64,000 nt of DNA from Candidatus Marinacidobacterium sp. (lineage in GTDB: Bacteria; Acidobacteriota; Vicinamibacteria; Marinacidobacterales; Marinacidobacteraceae). A model generated the notes under the pieces. The model saw only the letters and a list, made by a program, of their open reading frames with translations, was not told the DNA's origin and searched no databases. The DNA lies in assembly GCA_965220965.1 (NCBI GenBank), contig OZ244852.1, positions 2,752,001 through 2,816,000 of the forward strand, in the 5' to 3' direction. A program made the position numbers and the translations under genes. Shown here piece by piece: positions 37,274-46,093 of this stretch (within the stretch, counting starts at the first letter, position 1; each line of letters opens with the position of its first letter).

Positions 37274-38472
37274 CCGGCGGGCGCCGCCCGCTTCCGCGGC
37301 GGATCGAAGAACGGCAGCGCGGCCACCACCGACCTCGCCCGGAGCCGCTCGTACTCGACGGTGAGTTCGATCTCCACCGGAGTTCCCGGCCGCTCGAACC
37401 CCCGGTCCACCGTCGCGAGCGCAAGCTGCCGCTTCAGCAGCGGCGACCAGACGACGCTCGTCGCCCTCCCCACCTGCTCGCCCCCGGAATAGACCGGGAC
37501 GCCCCCCCGGTCGACTTCATCCGCCATTTCCGGCGACAGATCGAACCGCCCGAAGAGCCGCTCGAACTCATCGATCCCGGTCTCGATCCCCACGAAGAAC
37601 CGCTCGGTCCCCCGGTCGCGCTCCGCCCGGAGCGCGGCGTCCCCGATGAACGGCCGCTTCTTCTTCGCGCTCACCGCCCACCCGAGTCCCATTTCGTAGG
37701 GGGTCGATTTCTGGTGCTCGGCGAGCGCCCGCTCGGCGTTCCAGAAGTCCACATCGATCAGCGGGTAGCCGGCCTCCACCCGCGCCCGGTCGAGCGCCAC
37801 CATCCCCGCCGGGACGAGTCCCCGGGGCGCCCCCGCCTCCATCAGCAGGTCCCAGAGGGAAAGCGCGTGATCGCGTTCGACCCATACCTCGTACCCCAGA
37901 TCCCCGGTGTATCCGGTCCGGGTCACGACCACCGGGACGCCGCCGAGGCGGGTCTCCCGCAGACGGAAGTACCCGACGCCCCCGAGGTCCTCGTCGGCCA
38001 GCGTCTGGAGGATGGCGAACGAGGTGGGGCCCTGGAGCGCCAGCGCGCCGTAGCGCTCGGACACGTCCTCGATCGTCACGTCCATCCCGAAGGCGACGTC
38101 CTCGAACCACGGCAGCGTCGGGTCGACCGCGGTGGCCCGCACCAGCTCCTTCGAAATCCGCTGGAAGCACCCGTCCTGCATGAGCTTGCCCGCCGGGTCG
38201 CACCACCCCGAGTAGAGCACCTGTCCCACCCGCGAGCGGGCCACGTTCCGGGTGATCAGCCGGTCCGCGAGCGCGGTCGCGTCCCGCCCCCGGAGGTCGT
38301 ACTTGTAGAGCGGCGAGACATCGAACATCGCCGTCCCCGACCGCACCGCGTGGTACTCCGGGTCATGGAACGGATCGAACGTCTCGGCGACGAAGTAACC
38401 CGACCACTCCTTCCAGCGCAGACTCCGGCTGAGCGCCTCGGTGCGGGGATGGAAGGGGGTGCCGACGGCCAA
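37270..38472 (-). CDS. GcvT-family aminomethyltransferase/demethylase
   Basis: TPFH, EYHAVR, FDVSPLYK, LQGP, RTGYTGDLGYE, ARVEAG, PFFDP. Confidence 0.9.
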   Translation of the reverse strand: MAVGTPFHPRTEALSRSLRWKEWSGYFVAETFDPFHDPEYHAVRSGTAMFDVSPLYKYDLRGRDATALADRLITRNVARSRVGQVLYSGWCDPAGKLMQDGCFQRISKELVRATAVDPTLPWFEDVAFGMDVTIEDVSERYGALALQGPTSFAILQTLADEDLGGVGYFRLRETRLGGVPVVVTRTGYTGDLGYEVWVERDHALSLWDLLMEAGAPRGLVPAGMVALDRARVEAGYPLIDVDFWNAERALAEHQKSTPYEMGLGWAVSAKKKRPFIGDAALRAERDRGTERFFVGIETGIDEFERLFGRFDLSPEMADEVDRGGVPVYSGGEQVGRATSVVWSPLLKRQLALATVDRGFERPGTPVEIELTVEYERLRARSVVAALPFFDPPRKRAAPAG

Positions 38473-38582
38473 TCGAGAGAGCTCCCGGAGCCTCCGGGAA
38501 GACCCGCCATTATCCCCACCCCGGACGCTCCTCCCATGGAGCGTGCAGGCGGTTGGTATCCTCGGTCCGGGAGGTCAGGACG

Positions 38583-39380
38583 ATGAGACTCTCGCCAGAC
38601 CCCGCCCCGAAGCGTCTCCGAGGGCTTCTTCCGATCTTTGCGGCGGCGCTCGCGCTGGCGCCCGGGATCGCCGTCAGCCAGGAGCAGGGGCAGCGGCTCT
38701 TCGAGGTCCACTGCGCGCGCTGCCACGGGCTCGACGGAGCCGGCGGCGAGGGCCCCAGCCTCTTTCGCGAGAACCTGCGCCGCGCCACCGACGAGGAGAC
38801 GATGCGCGAGATCGTGGACCGTGGGATTCCCGGGACCGACATGCCTCCGGCGAGTTCGCTGAACAGCCAGGAGATCGGAGCGGTCGCCGACTACGTGCTC
38901 TCGTTCGGCGTCGTCGCCCAGGTCGATCTGCCGGGCGATGCGGCGGCGGGCGAAGAACTGTTCACCGCCGCGGCGTGCGGGGCCTGCCATCTGGTGAACG
39001 GCGTGGGGATCGCCTTCGGGCCCGACCTCTCGGACATCGGTCTGCTGCGGGGGCCCGCGTTCCTGCGCGAGTCCATCGAGGCGCCCGAGGCCGCAGTGCT
39101 GCCCCGACATCGCACCGTCCGGATCGAGGAGGCCGGGGGCGCCCAGGTCATGGGGATCCGGGTCAACGAGGACACCTTCTCGATTCAGGTCCTCACCCCG
39201 GCGGGCGAACTGCGGTCCTACCGCAAGGGGGAGATCCGCGAGTTCGCCCTGCTGCCCGGGGAGAGCCTGATGATGAGCTACGCCGGCCAGTTCACCGACG
39301 CGGAGCTGGACGATCTGGTGGCGTACCTGGCTTCGCTTCGAGGCCGGAATGACGAAATGACGGGAGGCCAGCCGGAATGA
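38583..39380 (+). CDS. Di-heme c-type cytochrome (partner of PQQ dehydrogenase)
   Basis: CARCHG and CGACH, GIPGTDMP, GPDLSDIG, SLM..DLVAYL; GGAGG SD. Confidence 0.88.
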   Translation: MRLSPDPAPKRLRGLLPIFAAALALAPGIAVSQEQGQRLFEVHCARCHGLDGAGGEGPSLFRENLRRATDEETMREIVDRGIPGTDMPPASSLNSQEIGAVADYVLSFGVVAQVDLPGDAAAGEELFTAAACGACHLVNGVGIAFGPDLSDIGLLRGPAFLRESIEAPEAAVLPRHRTVRIEEAGGAQVMGIRVNEDTFSIQVLTPAGELRSYRKGEIREFALLPGESLMMSYAGQFTDAELDDLVAYLASLRGRNDEMTGGQPE

Positions 39381-41023
39381 ACCGTCCGAAGATGACCCGG
39401 GGTCGCGGCGCGTGGGCGGCGGCGGCCCTCGCCGGGCTGATCCTGCCCTCGGCCGGGGTGGCCCAGGTTCCGTATTCGCGCCTCACCGGCGCGGACGCCG
39501 AGCCGCACAACTGGCTCACCTACTCGGGGAACTACCGGGCGGAACGTTTCTCCCGGCTGGACTCGATCCACCGCGACAACGTCCACCGGCTGCGCCCGGC
39601 CTGGGTCTACCAGACGGGAACCGCCGGACGGGTCGAGGTCACTCCGCTCGTGGTGGACGGGATCATGTACATCGCCGAGCCGCCGAGCACGATCGCGGCG
39701 CTCGACGCCCGGACCGGGCGCCGGTTGTGGCGCTACGACCCCGGCGTGCCCGATGAGACGCTGAACATCGGCTTCCCGAGGGTGAACCGGGGCGTCGCGC
39801 TGCTGGACGACGGAGTGTTCTTCGGAACGCTCGACGCCTTCGTGATGGCGCTCGACCGCTCCACCGGGGACGTCCGCTGGCGCGTCCCGCTCGGCGACAA
39901 CCGGATCGGCGTCGCGATCACCGCCGCGCCTCTCGCGGTGGACGGGAAGATCATCGTGGGCATGAGCGGCGGCGAAGCCGGAGTGCGGGGCTTCCTCGAC
40001 GCCTACGACCCGGCGACCGGGGAGCGCCTGTGGCGCTTCTGGGCGGTTCCCGAGCCCGGCCAGCCGGGCGGCGACACCTGGGAGGGCGACGCCTGGAAGA
40101 CCGGAGGCGGCGCCACCTGGCTGACCGGCGCCTACGACCCCGAACTGAACCTGCTCTACTGGGGCCTCGGCAACCCCGCCCCCGACTGGAACGGGGACCT
40201 GCGGCCGGGGGACAACCTGTTCACCTGCTCGATCGTGGCGATCGACGCCGACACCGGCGAGCTCCGCTGGCACTTCCAGTTCACCCCCCACGACACCCAC
40301 GACTGGGACGCCAACCAGATCCCGGTCCTGGTGGACGCCGAGTGGGAGGGTTCCCCCCGGAAGCTCGTGATCCTCGCCAACCGGAACGCCTTCTACTACG
40401 TCCTCGACCGCGAGACGGGGCAGTTCCTCCGCGCCACCCAGTATGCGACCCAGACCTGGGCGGAGCGGATCGACGAGAACGGGCGGCCGGTCCTCATCCC
40501 GGGGATGGACCCGAGCGAGGAAGGCACGCTCGTCTGGCCGAGCCTCGCCGGCGCCACCAACTGGTACAGCCCTTCGTTCGATCCCGGGCGGAACCTGCTG
40601 TTCGTGCCCACCCGCGAGATGTCCTCCTGGTACTACAAGAGCGACGCCGAGTACGAGCCCGGCCAGCCCTTCCTCGGCGGCGGCGAGCGCCGGGTCGAGG
40701 ACGAAAACACCTACGGAGCGGTTCGCGCCCTCGAGCTCGGCGGCGAGCTCCGCTGGGAGTTCCGCCAGCTCACGCCAGCGGTCTCGGGGGTGATGGCGAC
40801 CGCCGGCGACCTGGTCTTCAGCGGCACCGACGAGGGCAACATCTTCGCCCTCGACGCCGATACCGGCGAGGCGCTGTGGGACTACTACGCCGGGGGCCGG
40901 GTGCGGGCCGCTCCGATGTCGTTCGCCCTCGACGGCGAGCAGTTCATCTCGGTCGCCGCCGGGCAGTCGGTGTTCACCTTCGGGCTGGCGCCCGCCGGAG
41001 CGACGACGGAGGACCCGGAATGA
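39377..41023 (+). CDS. PQQ-dependent dehydrogenase, methanol/ethanol family
   Basis: NWLTYSG, TPLVVDG, VNRG, GGEAGVRG, YWGLGNPAP, PHDTHDWD, Trp-docking repeats. Confidence 0.92.
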   Translation: MNRPKMTRGRGAWAAAALAGLILPSAGVAQVPYSRLTGADAEPHNWLTYSGNYRAERFSRLDSIHRDNVHRLRPAWVYQTGTAGRVEVTPLVVDGIMYIAEPPSTIAALDARTGRRLWRYDPGVPDETLNIGFPRVNRGVALLDDGVFFGTLDAFVMALDRSTGDVRWRVPLGDNRIGVAITAAPLAVDGKIIVGMSGGEAGVRGFLDAYDPATGERLWRFWAVPEPGQPGGDTWEGDAWKTGGGATWLTGAYDPELNLLYWGLGNPAPDWNGDLRPGDNLFTCSIVAIDADTGELRWHFQFTPHDTHDWDANQIPVLVDAEWEGSPRKLVILANRNAFYYVLDRETGQFLRATQYATQTWAERIDENGRPVLIPGMDPSEEGTLVWPSLAGATNWYSPSFDPGRNLLFVPTREMSSWYYKSDAEYEPGQPFLGGGERRVEDENTYGAVRALELGGELRWEFRQLTPAVSGVMATAGDLVFSGTDEGNIFALDADTGEALWDYYAGGRVRAAPMSFALDGEQFISVAAGQSVFTFGLAPAGATTEDPE

Positions 41024-42093
41024 CATCGAAAGACGCCCTCTTCCGGGCGACCGTCCGGACGGTTCCGGCGGCGCTCCTGGCGGCGGCGCTCGCCGCCGGC
41101 TGCGGCGAAGCCCCACCGGCCGAGCCCCCGCCGCCCGAGCCCTCGCCGGCGCCGCTGCTGCTCGTGAGCAACGAAGTCGGCGGCTCCATCAGCCTCGTGG
41201 ACACCGCCTCGCTCGAGGTCGTCGCCGAGATCGAGGTGGGTCGGCGCCCGCGCGGCGTCCGGGTGGCGCCGGGCGGTCGGATGGCCTACGTGGCGCTCTC
41301 CGGCTCGCCCCGCTGCCCGCCGTGGATGGACGAGGACGAGTGCGGGGAGGCCGACAAGAGCTACGACGGCATCGCCGAAGTCGACCTCGGCGAAAGGCGG
41401 CTGCTGCGCGTCCTGCCGGGCGGATCGGACCCCGAGACGTTCGACATCACCCCCGACGGCGCGCGGCTCGTCGTCTCGAACGAGGACTCCGACGAAGCCA
41501 GCCTGGTGGATGTCGCCTCCGGCGCCGTCATCCGGACCGTCCCGGTGGGGGCGGAGCCCGAGGGGGTCCGGATCAGCCCGGACGGGGCCCTCGCCTACGT
41601 CACCGGCGAGACCGATCACGACGTCACCGTCCTCAGCACGGCGACCGGCGACGAGATCGCCCGCATCCCGGTGGGAACCCGTCCCCGCGACGCCGTGTTC
41701 ACCCGCGACGGCTCGCGGGCCTACGTTTCCGCCGAGATCGCCGGGAACGTGTCCGAGATCATCGTGACCGAGAACCGCGTCGAGCGCACGTTCACCCTGC
41801 CGGAGGGCTCGCTCAGCATGGGGGTGGCGCTCTCTCCCGACGACCGGACGCTCTACGTGGCGAACGGCCGCGCCCGGACCGTTTCGGTCATCGATCTGAT
41901 GGAGGGCGTGATCACCCACGAAGTCGAGGTTGGCGAGCGCCCCTGGGGGATCATCGTCTCCGCCGACGGTTCGCGCCTCTACACCGCGAACGGCCCCTCG
42001 AACGACGTCAGCGTCCTCGACACCGCGACGCTGCAGATCCTCGCCCGGATCCCGGTGGGCGAGTCGCCCTGGGGCCTGGCGCTGACTCCCTGA
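41020..42093 (+). CDS. YVTN beta-propeller lipoprotein (PQQ catabolism-associated)
   Basis: Lipobox AAGC; repeated VG..P.G...SPDG..YV; ALSGSPRCPP. Confidence 0.82.
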   Translation: MTSKDALFRATVRTVPAALLAAALAAGCGEAPPAEPPPPEPSPAPLLLVSNEVGGSISLVDTASLEVVAEIEVGRRPRGVRVAPGGRMAYVALSGSPRCPPWMDEDECGEADKSYDGIAEVDLGERRLLRVLPGGSDPETFDITPDGARLVVSNEDSDEASLVDVASGAVIRTVPVGAEPEGVRISPDGALAYVTGETDHDVTVLSTATGDEIARIPVGTRPRDAVFTRDGSRAYVSAEIAGNVSEIIVTENRVERTFTLPEGSLSMGVALSPDDRTLYVANGRARTVSVIDLMEGVITHEVEVGERPWGIIVSADGSRLYTANGPSNDVSVLDTATLQILARIPVGESPWGLALTP

Positions 42094-42120
42094 AGAGTCC
42101 CGTCGGGTAGGCCGGCCGGC

Positions 42121-42843
42121 TCAGGCGGACTCTTCGGACCGCCGCCGCGCCACGAACTCCGCGAGACTCCCGAAGCGCAGGTCGGGCTCGACGACCCCGG
42201 AGGGCCGCGCCGTCGCTCCGCCTTCGCGCCCGCCGCGGCGGTCGATCCAGGCGGTGCGAAGCCCCATCGCCTTCGCCGGAACGTGGTCGTGGAAGAGGCT
42301 CTGCGCCACATGGAGGATGTCCCCCGGCCCGGCGCCGAAGTCCTTCGCCACCCGCTCGAGCAGGAACTCGAAGTTGCGGCGCGAGGGCTTCCAGTCGCCG
42401 ATCTCCTCGGCGGTGAACACCGCGTCCCACGGATCCCCGAGCCGCGCCGCGCTTCTGCTGTAGCTCTTGTGGTCGCAGTTCGTGAGCGTGATCAGCCGGT
42501 GATGCCGCTTCAGGAAGGCGAGGCCCTCCGCCGCATCCGGGAACGCCGGCCAGTCGCCGACGGAGCCCCCGAAGGCCCGGCTCTCCCGGACGTCCGGCTC
42601 GGCCCCCCACCTCAGCGCCAGCCGGTCGTGGACCACCGCAAGCAGGTCGGAGTAGAGGAGTTCCGGCCGCTCCGCCTGGACCGACGACTCGGTCTCGGCG
42701 AAGGCGGCGAGCGCCGCCTCCGGCCCGACCTGCCCCTCCAGGCGCGCGAGGAGCGGGCCGAGCGCCGCCGCGATGCCGGCCTCCCAGTCGATGAGCGTGC
42801 CGTAGGTGTCGAAGGTGAGAACCTGGAAGTCGCGGATCCGCAC
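42121..42843 (-). CDS. Haloacid dehalogenase type II-like HAD hydrolase
   Basis: LTFDTYGTLIDWE, LTN, KP, HVAQSLFHDHVPA. Confidence 0.88.
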   Translation of the reverse strand: MRIRDFQVLTFDTYGTLIDWEAGIAAALGPLLARLEGQVGPEAALAAFAETESSVQAERPELLYSDLLAVVHDRLALRWGAEPDVRESRAFGGSVGDWPAFPDAAEGLAFLKRHHRLITLTNCDHKSYSRSAARLGDPWDAVFTAEEIGDWKPSRRNFEFLLERVAKDFGAGPGDILHVAQSLFHDHVPAKAMGLRTAWIDRRGGREGGATARPSGVVEPDLRFGSLAEFVARRRSEESA

Positions 42844-42857
42844 GGTGGTCAGGGAGG

Positions 42858-44918
42858 CTATCGGCCCGCGTAGAGCCGGCGGACGGCGGCGGCGAGCCGC
42901 GCCGGGAATCCGGCGTCCCCGATCGTGAGGAGCGCGTCGAGCGCGTCCTCGCGGCGGCCCTCGGCCTCCGCCACCCGTCCCAGGTTGTAGCGGACCGCGG
43001 CCTCGTCGACCGGAGCGCCCGGCCCGGTCCGGGCGGCCGCCCGCCGGAACGCCTCGCCCGCGGCCCCGTAGTCCCCGGCCCGGAAGGCCTCGAGCCCCGC
43101 AAACAGCGCCGCCGCCTCCGGCGGCTCGCTCCCGCCGTCCACCCGCCGCCAGATCCACGGTCCCTCGTTGTCCGTCGAATCACCACCCGCTTCAACGAGC
43201 TGGGACACCCGGACGACCGGCATCCGGTGCGCAACGACCGCCGGGCATTCCTCCCGGAAGCCCCCGTCGCCGGAGATCCAGCCCACGCACCCGTCGCCCT
43301 CGGGCGGGCGACGCAGGAAGAGGAATCCGTCCTCTCCCGAAACGACCCCCTCGGCGCGCCCTTCGGACGCCGCCAGCGCCTCGAGCTGGCCGCCGATCCT
43401 CCCGGCGAGGACGACCCGCGTCCCGTCGCCGCGCTCGTACTCCCGCTGGAATCCGACCGTCTCCTCCTCGACCGCGATCCGCGTCCGGGCCCCCGGCACG
43501 GCGCGGACGATCTCCGGGTCGAGCGTCTGCGCCGCGGCGAGGCCCTCCTCGCCGAACCCCGGCCAGGCGGCGGCCAGCAGTCGCACCCGGGCCGCGTCGC
43601 CCGTCCTCAGCTCCGCGGTCAGCGGGAGGAGGCGCCGGGCGTAGGCCGCCGGATCGGCGGCTTCCCGCAGTCCGCCCCGCACCCCGCGGAGCAGCAGGTC
43701 ACCGAGATCCTCCAGCGGCTCGACCCCGGCCTCCAGCGCCGGGAGGGCTTCGAGCAGGCGGGCCGGGTCGTCGGCCAGATTGACGAGCGGCGTCTGGCTG
43801 TCCGGGACCGGTGAGTCTTCGAGGAACCGGAAGAGCGCGGCCAGCGGTCGCGGCGCCCCGTCGAGCGAGAGCCGCCAGACGGAGAGGCCCGACCGCGCCA
43901 CCAGGAACAGTTGCTCTCCGACGCCCGGCGGAGGGTCGAGGTCGCCCGCCGGGAACGGGACGACCGCGCGGCGGACGGAATGCCCGATCGGGCGGCCCTC
44001 GAGGCCCGACCGTCCGGCGGCGGTCCCCGGCTGCGGCCGGAACAGCCCGGCGCCGGTGAGCCCGGCGATCTGCATGAGGACCGGGAGGTCCTCGTCGGCG
44101 GAGGCGGCGAGCAGGTCCACGCTCTGGCCGCGAAGCGCGGCCTGGAGTTCCGAGACGACGCCGCCACAGCCGCCGCAACCGTCGCCGGAGAAATAGAGCA
44201 GCAGCCGCCGCCCCTCGCCGAACGACTGTTCGCTGGACCAGACCCCGCCCTCGACTGCGACCGAAGCCGGCGGAAAGACCTCGTCGAAGGGCGTGACCCC
44301 ATCGGGGAGCCCGGTGCGCCGACCGCTCGCCGCGCGAAACCGGGCCCGGTCGAGCGCCGCCGCGAGCCCGGCCTCGGTCCGGAAGGCCCCGGAGTCGCGC
44401 AGCTCCGACAGGACTTCGTCGCGGGTCGCGCGGTCTTCGGCGGCGTGGGTCCACGCCTCGAGCAGCCAGGCGACCCGGTCTCCCACCGGGATCCCCGGGA
44501 GCCCGGCGAGACGCCGGTAGACCGCGGCGCCCGGAGCGAGTTCCGTCGCGCGGCGGAGTTCCTGTTCCGCCCCGGGCGCATCGCCGGCCGCGGCCAGCGC
44601 CGCCCCCAGCGTGGCGCGGTAGCGCGCCCGTTCGCCCCGGTAGGCCGCCGCCGCCGCCCCGGTGAACTCGTCGAGGACGAGCCCCCCTTCAGGGGCGACC
44701 GAGCTCCACTCCGGCGGCGAGAACTCGCGCGAAGCGGTCAGCGCGCCCCAGGCGGCCTCGACCGCGCCCGGTCCGTCCCCCGCCTCGAGGAGGCGGATTG
44801 CCTCGGCGTGTTCCGCCGCGCCCGGAGGCTGGCCGGCGGCCGCGAGCGGCGCCAGCCAGGCGGCGAGTGAAGCGGCGAGGACGACCGCGGCGCGCGCCCG
44901 CCGTCTTCCGCTCAGCAA
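42858..44918 (-). CDS. Exported TPR protein with thioredoxin-like CxxC region
   Basis: Signal peptide, TPR-like helices at both ends (YNLGRVAEAEG), LLLYFSGDGCGGC; TTG start overlapping upstream stop. Confidence 0.6.
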   Translation of the reverse strand: MLSGRRRARAAVVLAASLAAWLAPLAAAGQPPGAAEHAEAIRLLEAGDGPGAVEAAWGALTASREFSPPEWSSVAPEGGLVLDEFTGAAAAAYRGERARYRATLGAALAAAGDAPGAEQELRRATELAPGAAVYRRLAGLPGIPVGDRVAWLLEAWTHAAEDRATRDEVLSELRDSGAFRTEAGLAAALDRARFRAASGRRTGLPDGVTPFDEVFPPASVAVEGGVWSSEQSFGEGRRLLLYFSGDGCGGCGGVVSELQAALRGQSVDLLAASADEDLPVLMQIAGLTGAGLFRPQPGTAAGRSGLEGRPIGHSVRRAVVPFPAGDLDPPPGVGEQLFLVARSGLSVWRLSLDGAPRPLAALFRFLEDSPVPDSQTPLVNLADDPARLLEALPALEAGVEPLEDLGDLLLRGVRGGLREAADPAAYARRLLPLTAELRTGDAARVRLLAAAWPGFGEEGLAAAQTLDPEIVRAVPGARTRIAVEEETVGFQREYERGDGTRVVLAGRIGGQLEALAASEGRAEGVVSGEDGFLFLRRPPEGDGCVGWISGDGGFREECPAVVAHRMPVVRVSQLVEAGGDSTDNEGPWIWRRVDGGSEPPEAAALFAGLEAFRAGDYGAAGEAFRRAAARTGPGAPVDEAAVRYNLGRVAEAEGRREDALDALLTIGDAGFPARLAAAVRRLYAGR

Positions 44919-46093
44919 ACGGCGGGGAGCCGCCGCAACCGTTCGACAGCCTCCTCGAGCGTCTTCCGGGTCTTGCAGAAGGTGAAGCGGAGCCGCTGCG
45001 CGCCGGCCGCCGGGTCGGCGTAGAAGCTGGATCCCGGCACCGCCGCGACGCCCACCGTCTCGACCAGGTGGCGCGCGAAGTCGGTGTCCGAGCTCCACCC
45101 GAACCCCGAGATGTCGGTCATCACGTAGTAGGCCCCCGCCGGCGGAAAGCACCGGAACCCCGCCTCGGTCAGCCCGGCGATGAGGAGATCCCGCCGCTCC
45201 TGGTAGCCGCTCCGCAGACTCTCGTAGTAGGAGTCCGGCAGCCGGAGCGCGGCGGCGCCGGCCTCCTGGAGCGGGGCCGCCGCCCCGACGGTGAGGAAGT
45301 CGTGGACCTTGCGGATCGCGCCGGTGATCGCTTCCGAAGCCATCGTCCACCCCACCCGCCAGCCGGTCACCGAGTAGGACTTGGAGAGGCCGCTGATCGT
45401 GACCGTCCGGTCCTCCATCCCCGGAAGCGAGGCGATGGGAAGGTGGACGGCCCCGTCGTAGGTGATGTATTCGTAGATCTCGTCGGTGAACACCAGCAGG
45501 TCGCGCTCCACCGCGAGCGCGGCGATCTGCTCCAGCTCGGACCGGGAGAACACCTTGCCGCTCGGGTTCTGCGGCGTGTTCACGATGATCGCCCGGGTCC
45601 GGGGACCGATCGCCGCCCGCAACTCGTCGAGGTCGAGCGAGCCGTCGGGCTCGTGGAGCCGGACGTAGCGCGGCGCGGCGCCCGAGAGCACGGTGTCCGG
45701 GCCGTAGTTCTCGTAGAACGGCTCGAAGACGATGACTTCCTCGCCCGGGTCCACGAGCGCCAGCATCGTCGCGATCATGGCTTCGGTCGAGCCGCAGGTC
45801 ACCGTGATGTGCCGCTCGGGATCGAAGTCGAGGCCGTAGACCTGCCGGTAGCGGTCGGCCAGCGCCTCGCGAAGCGGTTTCGCTCCCCAGGTGATCGCGT
45901 ACTGGTTGATGTCCTTGCGGATGGCCCGGACCGCGGCCTCCTTGATTTCGGGGGGCGCCGGAAAGTCCGGCATCCCCTGCGCCAGGTTGACCCCGCCGCG
46001 CCGCATCGAGAGCCGGGTCATCTCGCGGATGACCGACTCGGTGAACTGCCGGGCCTTCGCGCTCGCCGGCTGACGCGCCGCGAGCGGGCTCAC
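44912..46093 (-). CDS. Class I/II PLP-dependent aminotransferase
   Basis: ESVIREMT, NLAQGMPDF, NQY, NTPQNPSGK, DEIY, SKSYSVTGWRVG. Confidence 0.93.
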   Translation of the reverse strand: MSPLAARQPASAKARQFTESVIREMTRLSMRRGGVNLAQGMPDFPAPPEIKEAAVRAIRKDINQYAITWGAKPLREALADRYRQVYGLDFDPERHITVTCGSTEAMIATMLALVDPGEEVIVFEPFYENYGPDTVLSGAAPRYVRLHEPDGSLDLDELRAAIGPRTRAIIVNTPQNPSGKVFSRSELEQIAALAVERDLLVFTDEIYEYITYDGAVHLPIASLPGMEDRTVTISGLSKSYSVTGWRVGWTMASEAITGAIRKVHDFLTVGAAAPLQEAGAAALRLPDSYYESLRSGYQERRDLLIAGLTEAGFRCFPPAGAYYVMTDISGFGWSSDTDFARHLVETVGVAAVPGSSFYADPAAGAQRLRFTFCKTRKTLEEAVERLRRLPAVC

